This document shows, in pieces, positions 1 to 13,135 of a stretch of 64,000 bases of DNA (its first letter is position 1; each line of letters opens with the position of its first letter). Below the pieces are notes generated by a model that saw only the letters and a program-made list of their open reading frames with translations, ran no database searches and was not told the DNA's origin. Position numbers and translations under genes: made by a program. The DNA lies in assembly GCF_006345805.1 (NCBI RefSeq), contig NC_043006.1, positions 11,346,001-11,410,000 on the forward strand. Reading direction: 5' to 3'. The stretch is from Octopus sinensis. Its lineage: Eukaryota.

Positions 1-722
1 CTCCTTGCACAGAGCCATCCGGATTCCCGCTTGCGCCGTGAACAGGGATTAATCTTCTCTCTTCACTCTTTTACGCCATTTGGGCTCAACTCTCCCCCCT
101 TTTCATCTACCCCCCCCCGCCGACTCCTACTTCTCTTCAGTCCTTCATCTTTTCACCCCTACTCTCTTTCCCTTCTCTTCCTTTCTTTCCCTCTTTCTCT
201 CTGCTACCTCACTCCCCCTCCTCTTACTCTCCCCCCCATCCCCAGCCGAACCCACACCCCACCTGGGCTTTCCCCACTCTCGCCTCCCCCACCTCCCCAC
301 ATCACACCACACTGCACTACACCATACAACATTACACATCACATCACAATACACCACTCACACACCCACACACGTCCAGACCACCAGCCCTCTTTCACAC
401 GCACATACATACTCTCTTATACACACACGCACCTTTGTGTTGGGGGCACCTTCGTTTTGGAAGTCACTTGACCCTGTTATCTCCCCTACTGTCCCTCTCG
501 CGTCTGACCACTGTCCGAAGTCAGGACGCCATGATAGATCGTTAGCCCCTACACGCATTTTTTCTCTCCTTGTTTCTTTTCTGTGTATCTTTCTGTCGAA
601 GAGCGTAGGCTCGAAACGTAAAAGACTTGTTCTATTTCTATTCCTGAGCGCTATACTAATACATTTGTTTGTTTGTACTCCACCTGCCTTCGTCTTTTGT
701 TTATTTTCGTAAACCTTCCCGT
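1..722 (+). mobile_element. Penelope-like retroelement 3' end: GIY-YIG C-terminus plus pLTR with hammerhead-like motif
   Basis: RLRREQGLIFSLHSFTPFGLN fits the PLE GIY-YIG end motif RxxRE..WI..L....P.GLN. 588-625 reads TCTTT-CTGTCGA-A-GAGC-gtag-GCTC-GAAAC-GTA-AAAGA; ends in (TA)n. Confidence 0.75.
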
Positions 723-995
723 TATATATATATATATATACTGGTGATAGCTCAGCTGGCCAAAACTTCAAAGTCACTGCCGATACTATTCTTGTTAAAG
801 AATAAATTTTTACTCTACCAAATGTATTTAGTAACCCTTCAGTTTAATAATTAAATCAAAGATGTATGTCTATGTATGTTTTTTTCTTTTTGTGTTGAAC
901 TATAACAGCTCTGTTGCAAATGCAAACAACACACTCTCCAATTGAATCTCTTTACCAAATGAAAAGAGAGATAAACCCTAAGATGTGTTACTGAC

Positions 996-1102
996 CTTTG
1001 CTCTTTGATTTTCAGGCTCCAACTTGAGAACAGTCTTTAGATCACAGAGAGATTTGTTATATTCTTTATTTTCTTTATAAGCAGAGGCTCGTCTGAGGAG
1101 TG
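996..1102 (-). CDS. SPAG1: SPAG1 coding exon 10 (TPR); gene continues past the left edge of the window
   Basis: ttgtag|(A)LLRRASAYKENKEYNKSLCDLKTVLKLEPENQRAK|gtcagt, matching human ALLRRATTYKHQNKLREATEDLSKVLDVEPDNDLAK; 107 nt, phase 1/0. Confidence 0.92.
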
Positions 1103-2316
1103 CTACAACAAAAAACATACAATTCACTTCATTACTGAACATCACAGCAGTTCCTAATATTAACCCTTTAGCATTCAGATGCTTCTGTTAAACGTAACAC
1201 TTGTTCATTCACAATCTCGCTTGGCCAGACAGGTCTTCTCAAGCACGGTATATTGCCAATGGTCTCAGTAACAAGTGACCAAGACCTTTGGTAATATACT
1301 GTGCTGGAGAAGACCTGTCAAGCCAAGTGAGATCATATTCATAGCTGTGGAGGCACATGGCCTAGTGGTTAGAGCAGCGGACTCGCGGTCGAGGGATCAC
1401 GGGTTTGAATCTCAGACCGGGCGATGTGTGTGTTTATGAGCGAAACACCGAAGCTCCACGCAGCTCCGGCAGAAGGCAATGGCGAACTTCTGCTGATTCT
1501 TTCGCCACAACTTTCTCTCACTCTTTCCACCTGCATCTTGCAGCTCACCTGCGACGGACCGGCATCCCATCCAGGTGGGGAAACTATATGCCAAGGAAAC
1601 CGGGAAACTGGCCCTTATGAGCCAGGCATGGCTCAAAAAGGAACAAACAAATAGTCATAGCTGATGCTGGTGTTATGTAACTGACACTGATGCCAGTGGC
1701 ATGCAAAAAGCACTCACTACACTCTTGGAGTGGTTGGCATTAGGAAGGGCATCCGGCCATAGAAACACTGCCAAATCAGGCTGGAACCTGGTGCAGCCCT
1801 CCAGCTTACCAGCTTTCAGTTAAACTATCCAACCCATGAAAGCATGGAAAACGGACGTTAAATGATGACGATGATTGTTTTGAGCGTTTAGGAAGGGCAT
1901 ACAGCTGTAGAAACACTGCCAGATCAGACTGGAGCTGGTGCAGCCTCCTGGCTGCCCAGACCCCAGTCGAACCGTCCAACCCATGCCAGCATGGAAAACA
2001 GACGTTAAACAATGATGATGATGATGATCCTGAAGCCTCAAGACTTTGATTATGCAACTGTATTTTTGTTTTTTGGACTGTAAGGTGAGAGGCTGAATGT
2101 GACCAGCTTGACCATAAAAACAAAAAGAAGAATTTGGCTGGATGTTGCCGGTTTAAATGCTAAAAGGTTAATTGTACACATGTAATTCAAATAAGAGTGA
2201 TAGTAACAGGCATGGCTCAGCTGTTAAGAAGACCAGTTCAGAACCACATGCTTAGGGGTTTGGTTGTTTCTGTCCCATCATATGGATCCCGTCAGCTAGT
2301 ACCCTGTACAATAGCT

Positions 2317-2700
2317 GGGATCTTTTCGCTTTGACCGGCAGAATTTTAAAATAATTTCTTTGTAACTAAAAACTTTGTATACTCATAGAATGTGTTTATA
2401 AAACGTATTTTTCTCTTGGCTTTCTTGAGAAAATTCTGTAGTTTGTAAGCTATTTTTTATTTAATTTCTTGCATTTCGGCAATTTCAACCAATCAATGAT
2501 GTCTATTGAGGTGAATACAATCTCTCTGGATCTTTGTCAACAACAATTAAACAACATTAGCTTACAAACTACAGAATTTTCTCAAGAAAACCAAGAGAAA
2601 AAGTTGTTTTATAAACACATTCTACCAGTATACGAAGTTTAAAAGTATTTAGTTACAGAGAAATTATTTTTAAAATCTGCCGGTCAAAGCGAAAAGATCC
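2317..2700. mobile_element. Merlin-like palindromic MITE
   Basis: Long TIRs GGATCTTTTCGCTTTGACCGGCAGA...TCTGCCGGTCAAAGCGAAAAGATCC; 8-bp TSD CAATAGCT (2309-2316 / 2701-2708). Confidence 0.75.
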
Positions 2701-2812
2701 CAATAGCTATGGGTCAATACCTGGTGAGTGAAACTGGATGACAGAAACTGAAGCCCCTCATATAAGGATTAAGATAACGTTTAATGTTACATTGTGGATT
2801 AAGGTAGCTTAC

Positions 2813-2890
2813 CTTTAACATTGTTGCTATCATTTATTAGGACAAGATCACAATCAGCAATAGCTTCGCTCCAGAGGGACAGTTTCAAAT
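2813..2890 (-). CDS. SPAG1: SPAG1 coding exon 9 (TPR)
   Basis: ttcaacag|(Y)LKLSLWSEAIADCDLVLINDSNNVK|gtaagc, matching human IKLQNWNSAFQDCEKVLELEPGNVK; 78 nt, phase 1/1. Confidence 0.92.
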
Positions 2891-3859
2891 CTGTTGAAAA
2901 ATTAAAAGAACTGGAAGTTAGACACAAAAGGACAAGATATATGCTAAGTTTTAGAATAGAAAAATGCTTCATATTTCCTTTCGTGGCCGTCGTCAGCCTT
3001 GCCTGGCACCTGTGTCAATGGCATGTAAAAAGCACCCACTACACTCACGGAGTGGTTGGCGTTAGGAAGGACATCCAGCTATAGAAACACTGCCAGATCA
3101 GACTGGGCCTGGTGCAGCCTCCTGGCTTCCCAGACTCCAGTCGAACCTTCCAACACATGCTAGCATGGAAAGCGGACGCTAAACGATGATGATGATATTT
3201 CCTTTCTTCCTTGTTATGCTCTATGTTCAAATCCTACAAGAACTTGAGAAGTATTTGCCACTAAACTCCCGGGTCAACTCAAAAGATTACACTTCTTTCC
3301 CTAGAACACTCGTCAGTGTGCCTGTTGTCAAAAGAATATTTGTCAAAGACCTCACAGGTGCTGGTATCATGTAAAAAGCACCCGGTCCAATCTGTGAAGA
3401 GGTTGACATTAGGAAGTGCATCTAGCTGTAAAAACCAAGCCAAAACAGACAGGGGAGCTTGGTGCAATCCCCTGGCTTACCAGCCCCTGTCAAGCTGTCC
3501 CACCCATGCCAGCACAGAAAATGGATGTCAATTGACAATGATGATGATGCGCTTGTCTTCAAGAGACTATTTGTCAATGTGGCTGTAGTCAAAATGGTAT
3601 CTGTCAATGTGCCAGTAGTCAAAAGAATGTGTCAACATGCCTGTCATCTGCCTAAACATTATTTGTCAATGTGCCTGTCATTAAAAGCATATTTGTCAAT
3701 GTGCATATCGTCAAAAGAATATTTTTCCATGTGCCTCCTGTTAGAGAATAATTGTAAACATGCCTAAAAAAACACCCAGTACACTCTGTAAAGTGGTTGG
3801 CATCCAGCCATATAAATTATGTCAAAACACATACTGAAGCCTGGTGTGGGCCTTATAAA

Positions 3860-5891
3860 CTGTGGCAAGAGTATACAAAAAGGACCTCAAGACAATCTCT
3901 CACTTGGAAATAGAGTTGACCTACAAATGCTTGGAGTGGTAGATGATACACAGTCACACTCTGTATATTTTGATAATTTGTTCACAAACTATGATCCGCT
4001 AGTGCACCTCAGGGAAACGGGATCTGAAGCAACTGCTACAATAAGAGATAACTGTCTTGGCATTAGGAAGGGCATCCAGCTGTAGAAACTCTTGCCAGAT
4101 CAAGATTAAAGCCTGGTGCAGCCATCTGGTTTGTCAGCTCCCAGTCATTCGTCCAACCCATGCTAGCATGGAAAGCGGACGTTAAACGATGATGATGATG
4201 ATGACGTCTCAAGAGATGTCTTCTAAAGGAAATGGCATTGATGAAAAAGAAGCCAAAAGTTTCATATGATTATAGATTTGACATCAATAATGAAATCCTT
4301 ATAGATAGGTGTCTTGACAATAAATGTGTGCCAACTGGGACTAATTATAACTCAGTCAAACCAATTTGCAAAGTACAACGCTGGAGGAAAGACATAAAGG
4401 GCAAAAGCAATGTGACTCAACCTCACGTTTTGAGCACATACAACAATTGCATGGCTGGAGTTGACAAACACGATTGGTTAGTGTCAAAATATGCAACCCC
4501 ATTTAGAGGCAGAAAGTGGTACTGGCCATTGCTGACTAGAGTTATTGATATGACTGTTGTAAATGCATGAACTATTTACAAACCGATCCACGATGGAAAA
4601 GGTGAAAAAAATTTACTCAATTTCAAGAGAGTGAGTTCATGGCTGTTTCCTGCCCCAGCTTCACATAGAAGCCCCGGTCCATCCAAAGTGTCTTGGATCG
4701 CAGGATGGCCTGCTGTGCTTTCCTTGGATCGTAGGGTGACCTGCCGTGCTTGAGGAGACCTCTTGAGTCAAGTACATCAACATCTAAAAATCAAATGGAA
4801 ATTGTAGTTGTGATACCTGTGCCAGAGGCACGTAAAAAGCATCATCTGAATGTGGCCGATGCCAGCGCCGCCTTGACTGGCTTCCGTGCCAGTGGCACGT
4901 AAAATGCACCAACCGATTGTGGCTGTTGCCAGCCTCCCCTTGCACCTGTGCCGGTGGCACGTAAAAAGCATCCACTACACTCACGGAGTGGTTGGCATTA
5001 GGAAGGGCATCCAGCTGTAGAAAAACTGCCAGATCTGACTGGAGGTTGGTGCAGCCTCCTGGCTTCTCAGACCCCAGTCGAACCATCCAACTCATGCTAG
5101 CATGGAAAATGGAAGTTAAACGATGATGATGATGATTTATGTGTTTCATATCTAAAGCGATCTGAACAAAAAACAAAGTTCATTACACTATCCACAAGCC
5201 TGACATCAAATTTGATTCAAAAAGCCATATAATAACCAAATGAAATAAGCAACATTGTTGTCAGGATAAGTCTTGCAGTAGTAAACCACTAAATTATTGT
5301 CAGAAGTGCAACATAACCCTGTGTGGAGATTCTTTGCCCTTTCCACAATGCATAGTTTTATGAATGTATATCTTTCAATGTATTATTTTTTGTACTTTTG
5401 TTATTATTTTTTGCATTTTTTGTATTTCAATATATTATTTTTTCGTATTTTTTGTATTTCAATGTAATATTTTTTTTGTAGTTTTTGTAATTCTATGTAT
5501 TATTTTTTGTATTTTTTGTAATTCTATGTATTAGTTTTTTGTATTTTTTGTATTTCAATGTACTATTTTTTTAATTTTTTTGTAATTCAATGTATTATTT
5601 TTTGATATTTTTTGTATTTCAAAGTATTCTTTCAAAAACATTAACCATTTTTTATACAAAATTTAATACCAATAGGATAACAGTTAACTAACATATAAAG
5701 GATTTTGAATTTATGAATGTGTCACATTGTCCCAGCGTTCTATTTATAGGACACTGTGTATTTCCATTTCTACTTGAAGTAAAGGAGTTTAATAATTGAT
5801 TTTTTTTTTTTCATTTTAACCTATTTTCAATCACCTGCGAAAATTTAGAAGTAATATTCAGAAATTTAAGAACTCTGGGACTTAACAGGTT
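3860..5891 (+). mobile_element. Degenerate piggyBac (PGBD2/3-like transposase) with nested retroelement insertions
   Basis: SVYFDNLFT...ATATIRDN and YNNCMAGVDKHDWLVSKY..RGRKWYWPL...VVNA motifs; terminal ctgggacttaacaggtt at ~5875-5891; interrupted at ~4057-4204 and ~4640-5135. Confidence 0.85.
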
Positions 5892-6544
5892 CAGAAAGAC
5901 TATGATTTGAATGAGATTTAGTAGTTATTTCTAGCCAATTGGATGACTGCATAGAGGCTGTCTTATTAATTCAAGACAACAAAGTAATGTTAAGTGATCG
6001 GCCTTCCAGCTCAGCTGATAAGATAATTATCTTAATTAGAGATAGTGAAGAGGTCATTAATTATAGATCTCCAAAACAGAAACTATTTGGTAGTTATTAG
6101 TTTCATTTCTCTACAATCTGAAGAGTGAATAATGCTTTTCATTCCATAGTGGGTTAGTAAAATAAGTTTCAAATTTAGGCACAAAGCCAGCAATTTTGGT
6201 GGGGGTAAGTTGATTACATCAGCCCCAGTGCTCAACTGGTACTTATTTTATTGACTTCGAAAGGATGAAAGTCGACCCTTGGCAACATTTGAACTCAGAA
6301 TGTAAGGACAGACAAAAAGCCACTGAACATTTTGCCAGCTCACCACCTTGAAGGAGGTTACTAAAATTATCATTTTAGTAAAACCTTCATTAGCTGGGGT
6401 TTAGAAAATAAATTAACTTTTAATTAAAAGTGTAAGTATCGCTGACTATAAAGCATGAAGTTTTATATGAAAGAAAAAGTACAATTCAAATGTTATGCCT
6501 CAAGGAGTCAGTGACAAAAGACCGAGACCTTGGGCAATATACTC

Positions 6545-7026
6545 TCTTGCCTTGTCTTGTCTTGAGACAGCATTCACCTGGGGTGGGGTGAGCTGGCTTC
6601 ATTCATCCTCAATGCTGCATCTCTCACAAACGCTGACCAGACCTGGTAATTTGAGGCTAACGACCCCGTGATCTCCAACCACTCCTTATTCCAGTGGCAA
6701 AAGCTGTAGATATGGGGGCCTAGGTTGGGTTCCAGATCAGCCTTGACTGTCATCAGCCAGGATTTTCGTTGTCCACCACATCGCTTTCGCCAACTCTGAA
6801 GGGGAGCTGGGGCAATTCCTTTGTAGATGAATTCTCCTGGTTGACGATGGAGGGCATGACCCAGCCAATGCAGACGTCTCGTTAGGATGACTTGTCGGAG
6901 GGAGGTGATTCTGCACTGGTGTTGCACCGAATTGTTGGAGACAAAGTGATGCCATCGGACACGAAGGATGCGGCATAGACAGAGGTGATCGAAGGATTCT
7001 AGTCGCTTAAGACTACGTGCCTTCAC
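6545..7026 (-). mobile_element. RTE-clade LINE 3' end
   Basis: LESFDHLCLCRILRVRW...RRLHWLGHALHR...GGQRKSW motif followed by a (CAAGA)n-like tail. Confidence 0.85.
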
Positions 7027-7640
7027 TAGTCAGTTAAAGTAAGACAGTGTCACGCTAAGACTATGCACCTTCACTAGTCAGTTAAGGTGAGACAGTGTCA
7101 TGTGACAACTTGCTGGGGCTGCCTGCTGGAGCCTAGCGACAGGTATTTAAAGGGAAAAGTTTGACAAGTCAGTCAGTCACTTGCTGACGATACATCAAAG
7201 AGGCCAGGGAATAGAAGAAAGAAGACATGCACCCAACACGGTTGTAATTCCTTCCTTCCACCCTCATCGGCCATGACTCGCTGCCGTAAAGGAATATACT
7301 GTAGCAATATACTGAGCTTAAGAAGACTTGTCAAGCCAAGTGAGATCGTCATCATGGCTGATTCCGGTATTTAAGTAACTGGTACCCGTGCCGGTGGCAC
7401 ATGAAAAGCATCCACTGCATTCTTGGAGTGGTCAGCATTAGGAAGGGCATCCAGCTGTAGAAACCATGCTGAATCGGACTGGAATCTGGTGCAGCCCCCC
7501 AGCTTACCAGTTTTCAATCAAACCGTCCAACCCATGCTATCATGGTAAAATGGATATTAAGTGGTGATGATGAAGCCCAGGCCAGTCTCAAGTGATTTGG
7601 TATCAAAAGGGTTAAGAAACACAAAAATGATTAAACTTAC

Positions 7641-7740
7641 ATGCAAGGGCACGGTTGTTGTACACAACATCCAAAGGCTGAATTGAGAGGCTTCGGTTAT
7701 AATAAATCACAGCTTCATTGTAGTCACCACTACGAAATGC
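7641..7740 (-). CDS. SPAG1: SPAG1 coding exon 8 (TPR)
   Basis: ttccag|AFRSGDYNEAVIYYNRSLSIQPLDVVYNNRALA|gtaagt, matching human AFNSGDYEEAVMYYTRSISALPTVVAYNNRAQA; 100 nt, phase 0/1. Confidence 0.93.
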
Positions 7741-9109
7741 CTGGAAAGGTGGAAGAAGATGTTGAAGATCAGATGAATGTATCATATAAAAGAAACACAG
7801 TGTGTAAGGAAGCTTGTAAGTAGCAGCAAACAAGAAAGGATCATGTGAAATACAAAGGAAGATCAACAGCAGCAGAGTGAAGGATGAAAGGGGCCTACAA
7901 AAAGAATAGGAAACAAAAACTACACTACACCTGATTTCCTCCGCTCCATATACACGCAAGCATGTATCTGACTCTTACACTGTTCACTTCCCAGACATTT
8001 TGTACATTACTGCATATGCTTTATGCACACTTTTGACAAGTTGTGGTGCACCTGAGCACTGTATACAATAATTTCATCATTATTATTATTATTTATTATC
8101 ATCCTTATGACTGTTTTAACATTCACTTCTCCTTTCACTGAGACAGATTTACTATGGCCAGACACCTTTCCTCTTTCCAAGTAAGGTATTTTCCCCCAAT
8201 GATCAGGTATATTTTCACAGAAAACTGAAAATGAAAAAATGTCATTGATGCTATTGACTTTATAGTAAGACACCTGTTTCTGCCTCTCTATTACATACAT
8301 ACATATATATATAAGTATATATTTCATCTTTTACTGGTTTCAGCCCTTGGATTGTGTTGGGGCACCGCCTTGAAGGGTTTAGTTGAACGAGTCAACACCA
8401 GTGCTCATTCTTTAAGCCTGGTACTTATTCCACCAGTCTCTTTTGCTAAGCTACTAAGTTATGGGGACGGGTTGTCAATAGTAGTGGTGGACAAACATAT
8501 GCACACACACACACACACACACACATGCATGCACAGTCACCCATACACATACTCTTTTCTTTTTACTCTTTTACTTGATTCAGTCATTTGACTGCGGCCA
8601 TGCTGGAGCACCGCCTTTAGTTGAGCAAATCGACCCCAGGACTTATTCTTTGTAAGCCTAGTACTTATTCTATCAGTCTTTTTTGCCGAACCGCTAAGTT
8701 ATGGGGACGTAAACATACCAGCATCAGTTGTCAAACGATGTTGCGGGGACAAACACAGATACATACACACACACACATATATATATATATAGACATATAT
8801 ATACGACGGGCTTCTTTTTCAATTTCCATTTACCAAATCCACTCACAAGGCTTTGGTCGGCCCGAGGCTATAGTAGAAGACACTTGCCCAAGGTACCACG
8901 CAGTGGGACTGAAACCGCAACCATGTTGTTGGTAAGCAAACTACTTACCACATACATAAATATATATTTGCATGTATGCATACAAGAGGTTCCTTTCAAC
9001 TTCTGTCAACCTAATCCACTCACAAAGCCACAGTAGAAGATATGACCAGAACAATGTGGTTCGGAAACAAACTTCATACCACACAGCCCATTGCACATGT
9101 CTGTGTGTA

Positions 9110-9144
<35 letters not shown>

Positions 9145-9452
9145 GGAGGTGCAATGGCCCAGTGGTTAGGGCAGCGGACTCGCAGTCGTAGGAACGCGGT
9201 TTCGATTCCCAGACCGGGTGTTGTGTGTGTTTATTGAGCGAAAACACCTAAAGCTCCATGAGGCTCCGGCTTGGGGTGGTGGCGATCCCTGCTGTACTCT
9301 TTCGCCACAACATTCTCTCACTCTTTCTTCTGTTGGCCTGCTCACTTAGCCAGCGGGGTGGCGTCATTTGAAGGCTAAAACAATGCAAAGCGCATGGTGA
9401 CTAGTGATGTGTAGCAACATCTGATAGCCTGGTCGCTCACGATGATCATGGT
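9145..9452 (+). mobile_element. tRNA-derived SINE (family A; possibly octopus OR-type)
   Basis: A-box TGGCCCAGTGG and B-box-like GGTTTCGATTCC. Other copies at 1349-1651, 27956-28255, 54204-54520, 60390-60682(-), 27207-27545, 31743-31995. Confidence 0.75.
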
Positions 9453-10258
9453 GATATATATATATATATCATCATCATTTAGCATCCGTTCTCCATGCTA
9501 GCATGGGTTGGACGGTTCAACTGGGGTCTGTGAAGCTGGAAGGCTTCATCAGGCCCAGTCAGATCTGGTAGTGTTTCTACGGCTGGATGCCCTTCCTAAC
9601 GCCAACCACTTCGTGAGTGTGGTGGGTGCTTTTTACGTGCCACCCGCACAGATGCCAGACAGAGCTGGCAAACGCCATGAACGGATGGTGCTTTTACGTG
9701 TCACCGGCACGGGGCCAGGCCAGGCTGGCAACGGACATGAACGGATGGTGCTTTTACATGTCATGTCATATATATATGTATATATATGCAATAGGCTTTC
9801 AGGTTTTGTTTATCAGATTCATTCACAAGGTTTTGGTTGGCCAGGGCCCATAGAAGACACTTGCCCAAAGTGCCATGCATCTGGACTGGGTGCCACTGGA
9901 TGACAGCCTTTAGTAATGATGTTATTCCACGCTTTCAGATCTCTGGCACTGGCCTTACCATCCTTGAGGTCGGAGGCATTGCAACTTCAAGATTCCTTGA
10001 TTTGTTTCACCCATGTCTTCTCCTGTGCATGGGTCACTACCACCACCACAAAAGCTGGTGTGGTAGTTTTCCAGGGCTCACACTGCAGATGCAGTCAAAT
10101 CACTGTAGCCGGCACTGCCGGACTTGATTTTGAACGGTCAGCTGCTGCCACAAAAGTAGCCTGGTATAGAAACAATAACAAACGTCATCCCACCCAAGCA
10201 AGATATGATAAGATAGAGGTAACACAACAACAACAACAAACATGGGTACTACACATAC

Positions 10259-10317
10259 CTCATTGCCTTTGTCCTTCTCCCTCAAAGCATGAGTAGTTTT
10301 TGTCTCTTCAAGACAAT
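10259..10317 (-). CDS. SPAG1: SPAG1 coding exon 7
   Basis: ttctccag|(D)CLEETKTTHALREKDKGNE|gtatgt, matching human ATREKEKGNE (start of TPR1); 59 nt, phase 1/0. Confidence 0.9.
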
Positions 10318-12699
10318 CTGGAGAAAAATACAACAGAAAATAAAGACAATGAAGGAAATAGATGAAGGTGAGGGAGGAACATAATAAATAAGAAAAATCA
10401 CATCAGTTCATGTCCATTTTCCTTGCTGGAATGAGTTGGTTAGTTTAAAAGTGTCCCAGGAGCCAGAGAGCAGTGTCAGGCTCCAATGTCTGCTTCTGTA
10501 GGATACCATTCTCAATACCTATTTCTTTACTACCCACAAGGAGCTAAACACAGAGAGGACAAACAAGGACAGACAAATAGATATTAAGTCGATTACATCG
10601 ATCCCACTGCGTAACTGGTACTTAATTTATCGACCTCGAAAAGATGAAAGGCAAAGTCCACCTCGGTGGAATTTGAACTCAGAACGTAAGGGCAGACAAA
10701 ATACCGCTATGTATTTTGGCTGGCGTGCTAACGTTTCTGCTAGCTCATGACCTGGGTGCTTTTCTTTTTGTGACACTGGGACAGATGCCTTTCCTATATC
10801 CAACTCTCCTATTTCCAAGTAAGGTATTTCCCCCCAATGATCAGACATATTTCCACAGAAAATTGAAAATGAAAAAATGACATTGATGCTTTTTTCACAA
10901 CTATTGTCTTTATAGCAAGACACAAGTCACCAAAAAACTCACAAGACAAACTAAAGACCTCTCAACAAAGTGGAGGTGCAGTGGAGGTGGGGGTGGCTTT
11001 ATACTAGGCATTGATAGATTCCGCCAAGGTCGACTTTGCCTTTCATCCTTTCGGGGTCGATAAATTAAGTACCAGTTGCGCACTGGGGTCGATATAATCG
11101 ACTTAATCTGTCTGTCTGTCCTTGTTTGTCCCTTCTATGTTTAGCCCCTTGTGGGTACTAAAGAAATATATACTAGGCATTGATAGGTTAAAGTATGATA
11201 AAGAAACAGGTACGGTTGTCATGTTATAAAGAAAATATATGGCCACCCCAGCATTACATAAGGGTAGGTGGAGGAAGCAGCTGAAAAGAAGACCAAGATG
11301 GTGGCAATGGAATTGGGAACAAAAACAGACAGAATGATAGAGGAGGTTTGAAATAACAACAGTGAGTTTATGAGAGGATGGTTTGTAACAGAGAAGGACC
11401 ACAAGGAAATGAGACGATAGAAAGAAGTCACAATAAAAACAAACAACAATGGTGTAATATAAAGACAAAGTGAGATCGTATAAATATCACTGACGTTACT
11501 TTTTCCCGCCCATGTTTTAGACAGGAAAAGCACATTATGAAGAAGGTACAGAAAAGAAAAGGCTACGACGCACTCAAAATATTGAATTTCACAGAGAAAG
11601 AAAACGAAGAAAAACACAGAGAGAAAAAAAATAATTTCATTTGTTTTACTTATCAGTAAATAAAAACCAAGGAACTAATGTAATTAGTTATGAAGGAAGT
11701 ACTGATATTTTCTATTGGTTGAAAAACACTTTAATCAATTGAACTGATAATGACTGACAGAATAATGACAGATAACCACAATTTATTCTAATCAATTTAG
11801 TCACTGATTGATTGATCTTTGACATAACCAGTCCACTTATGCATGCCGTTCCTTCTTGAGATACAAAACTCTGCTTGCGAAGACCTGTTGAGGGAAGTGA
11901 AATCGAAATCGATCAAAAGTCAATGGAAATTGTAGTTGTGATACCAGTGCCGGTGGCACGTAAAAGAACCATCCAAACGTGGTCGTTGCCAGTCCTGCCT
12001 CGACTGGCCTCCGTGCCAGTGGCAAGTAAAAAGCACCAACCGATAGTGGCCGTTGCCAGCCTCGCCTGGCACGTAAAAAGCACCCACTACACTCATGGAG
12101 TGGTTGGCGTTAGGAAGGGCATCCAGCTGTAGAAACATTGCCAGATCAGACTGGGCCTGGTGCAGCCTCCTGGCTTCCCAGACCCCAGTCGAACTGTCCA
12201 ACCCATGTTAGCATGGAAAGCGGACGTTAAATGATGATGATGATGATGAATCTCATACAGTCAAGGTTTACAGAATAGATTGTGTTATTCACTCTTTTAT
12301 TCGCAGAATACAAAATGTGAGTTGCAAGACCTCCTTTCAGGTGATTTTCTTGAGTCACCATTTCACCCTTGGATGCCAGTCCATCACACGGTAAAGGGTA
12401 AAGACACCTCCGGCCATGAATGACCATGGGATTGCACCTACAAAGTTCCCCTTCAAGACACAAGTCCAGGAAAGGTTGTTTATGGAAGACCAGCAGTCGT
12501 CCAAGCACACCAGCCTCCTCTCTCCACGCCACTGATGTTATCCAAGGGAAAGGCAAAGACCGATACATCTTGGCACCAGTGACGTCACAAATCATTTCTA
12601 CAGCTGAGTGAACTGGAGTAACGTGAAAATTAAAGTGAATTGCTCAAGAACACAACACACAGCCTGGTCGTCATCGTCGTTTAACGTCCGTTTTCCATG

Positions 12700-13135
12700 C
12701 AGAAAATACCCTCTTCCCAGAATTGAGGTGGTTTCATGGCAAAGAATTCATCAAGGTATCTTTTTTAAGTCATCCAAGGAATTGTAATTTTTACCATTAA
12801 GACTATTCTGCAGAGACCTGAATAAGTGGAAATCCGAAGGAGCAATATCTGGTGAATATGGAAGGTGGAGTAACCCATTCCAGCCAAGCTGCAGCAATTT
12901 TTGTCTGGTACCCAGAGCATCAAGTGCTGAAAATGAACTTTCTTTTCTTCCATTTTAAAGGGTTACAGAATTAACACAGGTTATAAGAACATAAACCTTC
13001 TTCCACAAAAAGATAGCTTAAACTGTGCTCTAAATGGAGGTGTAGCCAAATCCTATTTTATGGACTCAACCATGTTCTAAAATAAGTCGAAAGGTAAGCT
13101 ACTGTAAATCAGCACGAACTTTCCGGACAACCCAA
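12700..13135 (-). mobile_element. Internally deleted mariner transposon
   Basis: TIR TTGGGTTGTCCGGAAAGTTCGTG next to TA; start MEEKKVHFQHLML fused to C-terminal HLPYSPDIAPSDFHLFRSLQNSLNGK (mariner YSPDLAPxD motif). Confidence 0.85.

Noticed and set aside
9145-9215. tRNA genes (also 27956, 54204, 20108, 51175)
   Set aside because: A/B boxes are present but there is no acceptor stem, and each continues into a repeated SINE body.
9508-9903. Recurrent short ORFs with LQLDALPNANH / GVVGVRKGIQL
   Set aside because: Incidental translations of the repeated LINE 3' UTR, seen in multiple frames and strands.
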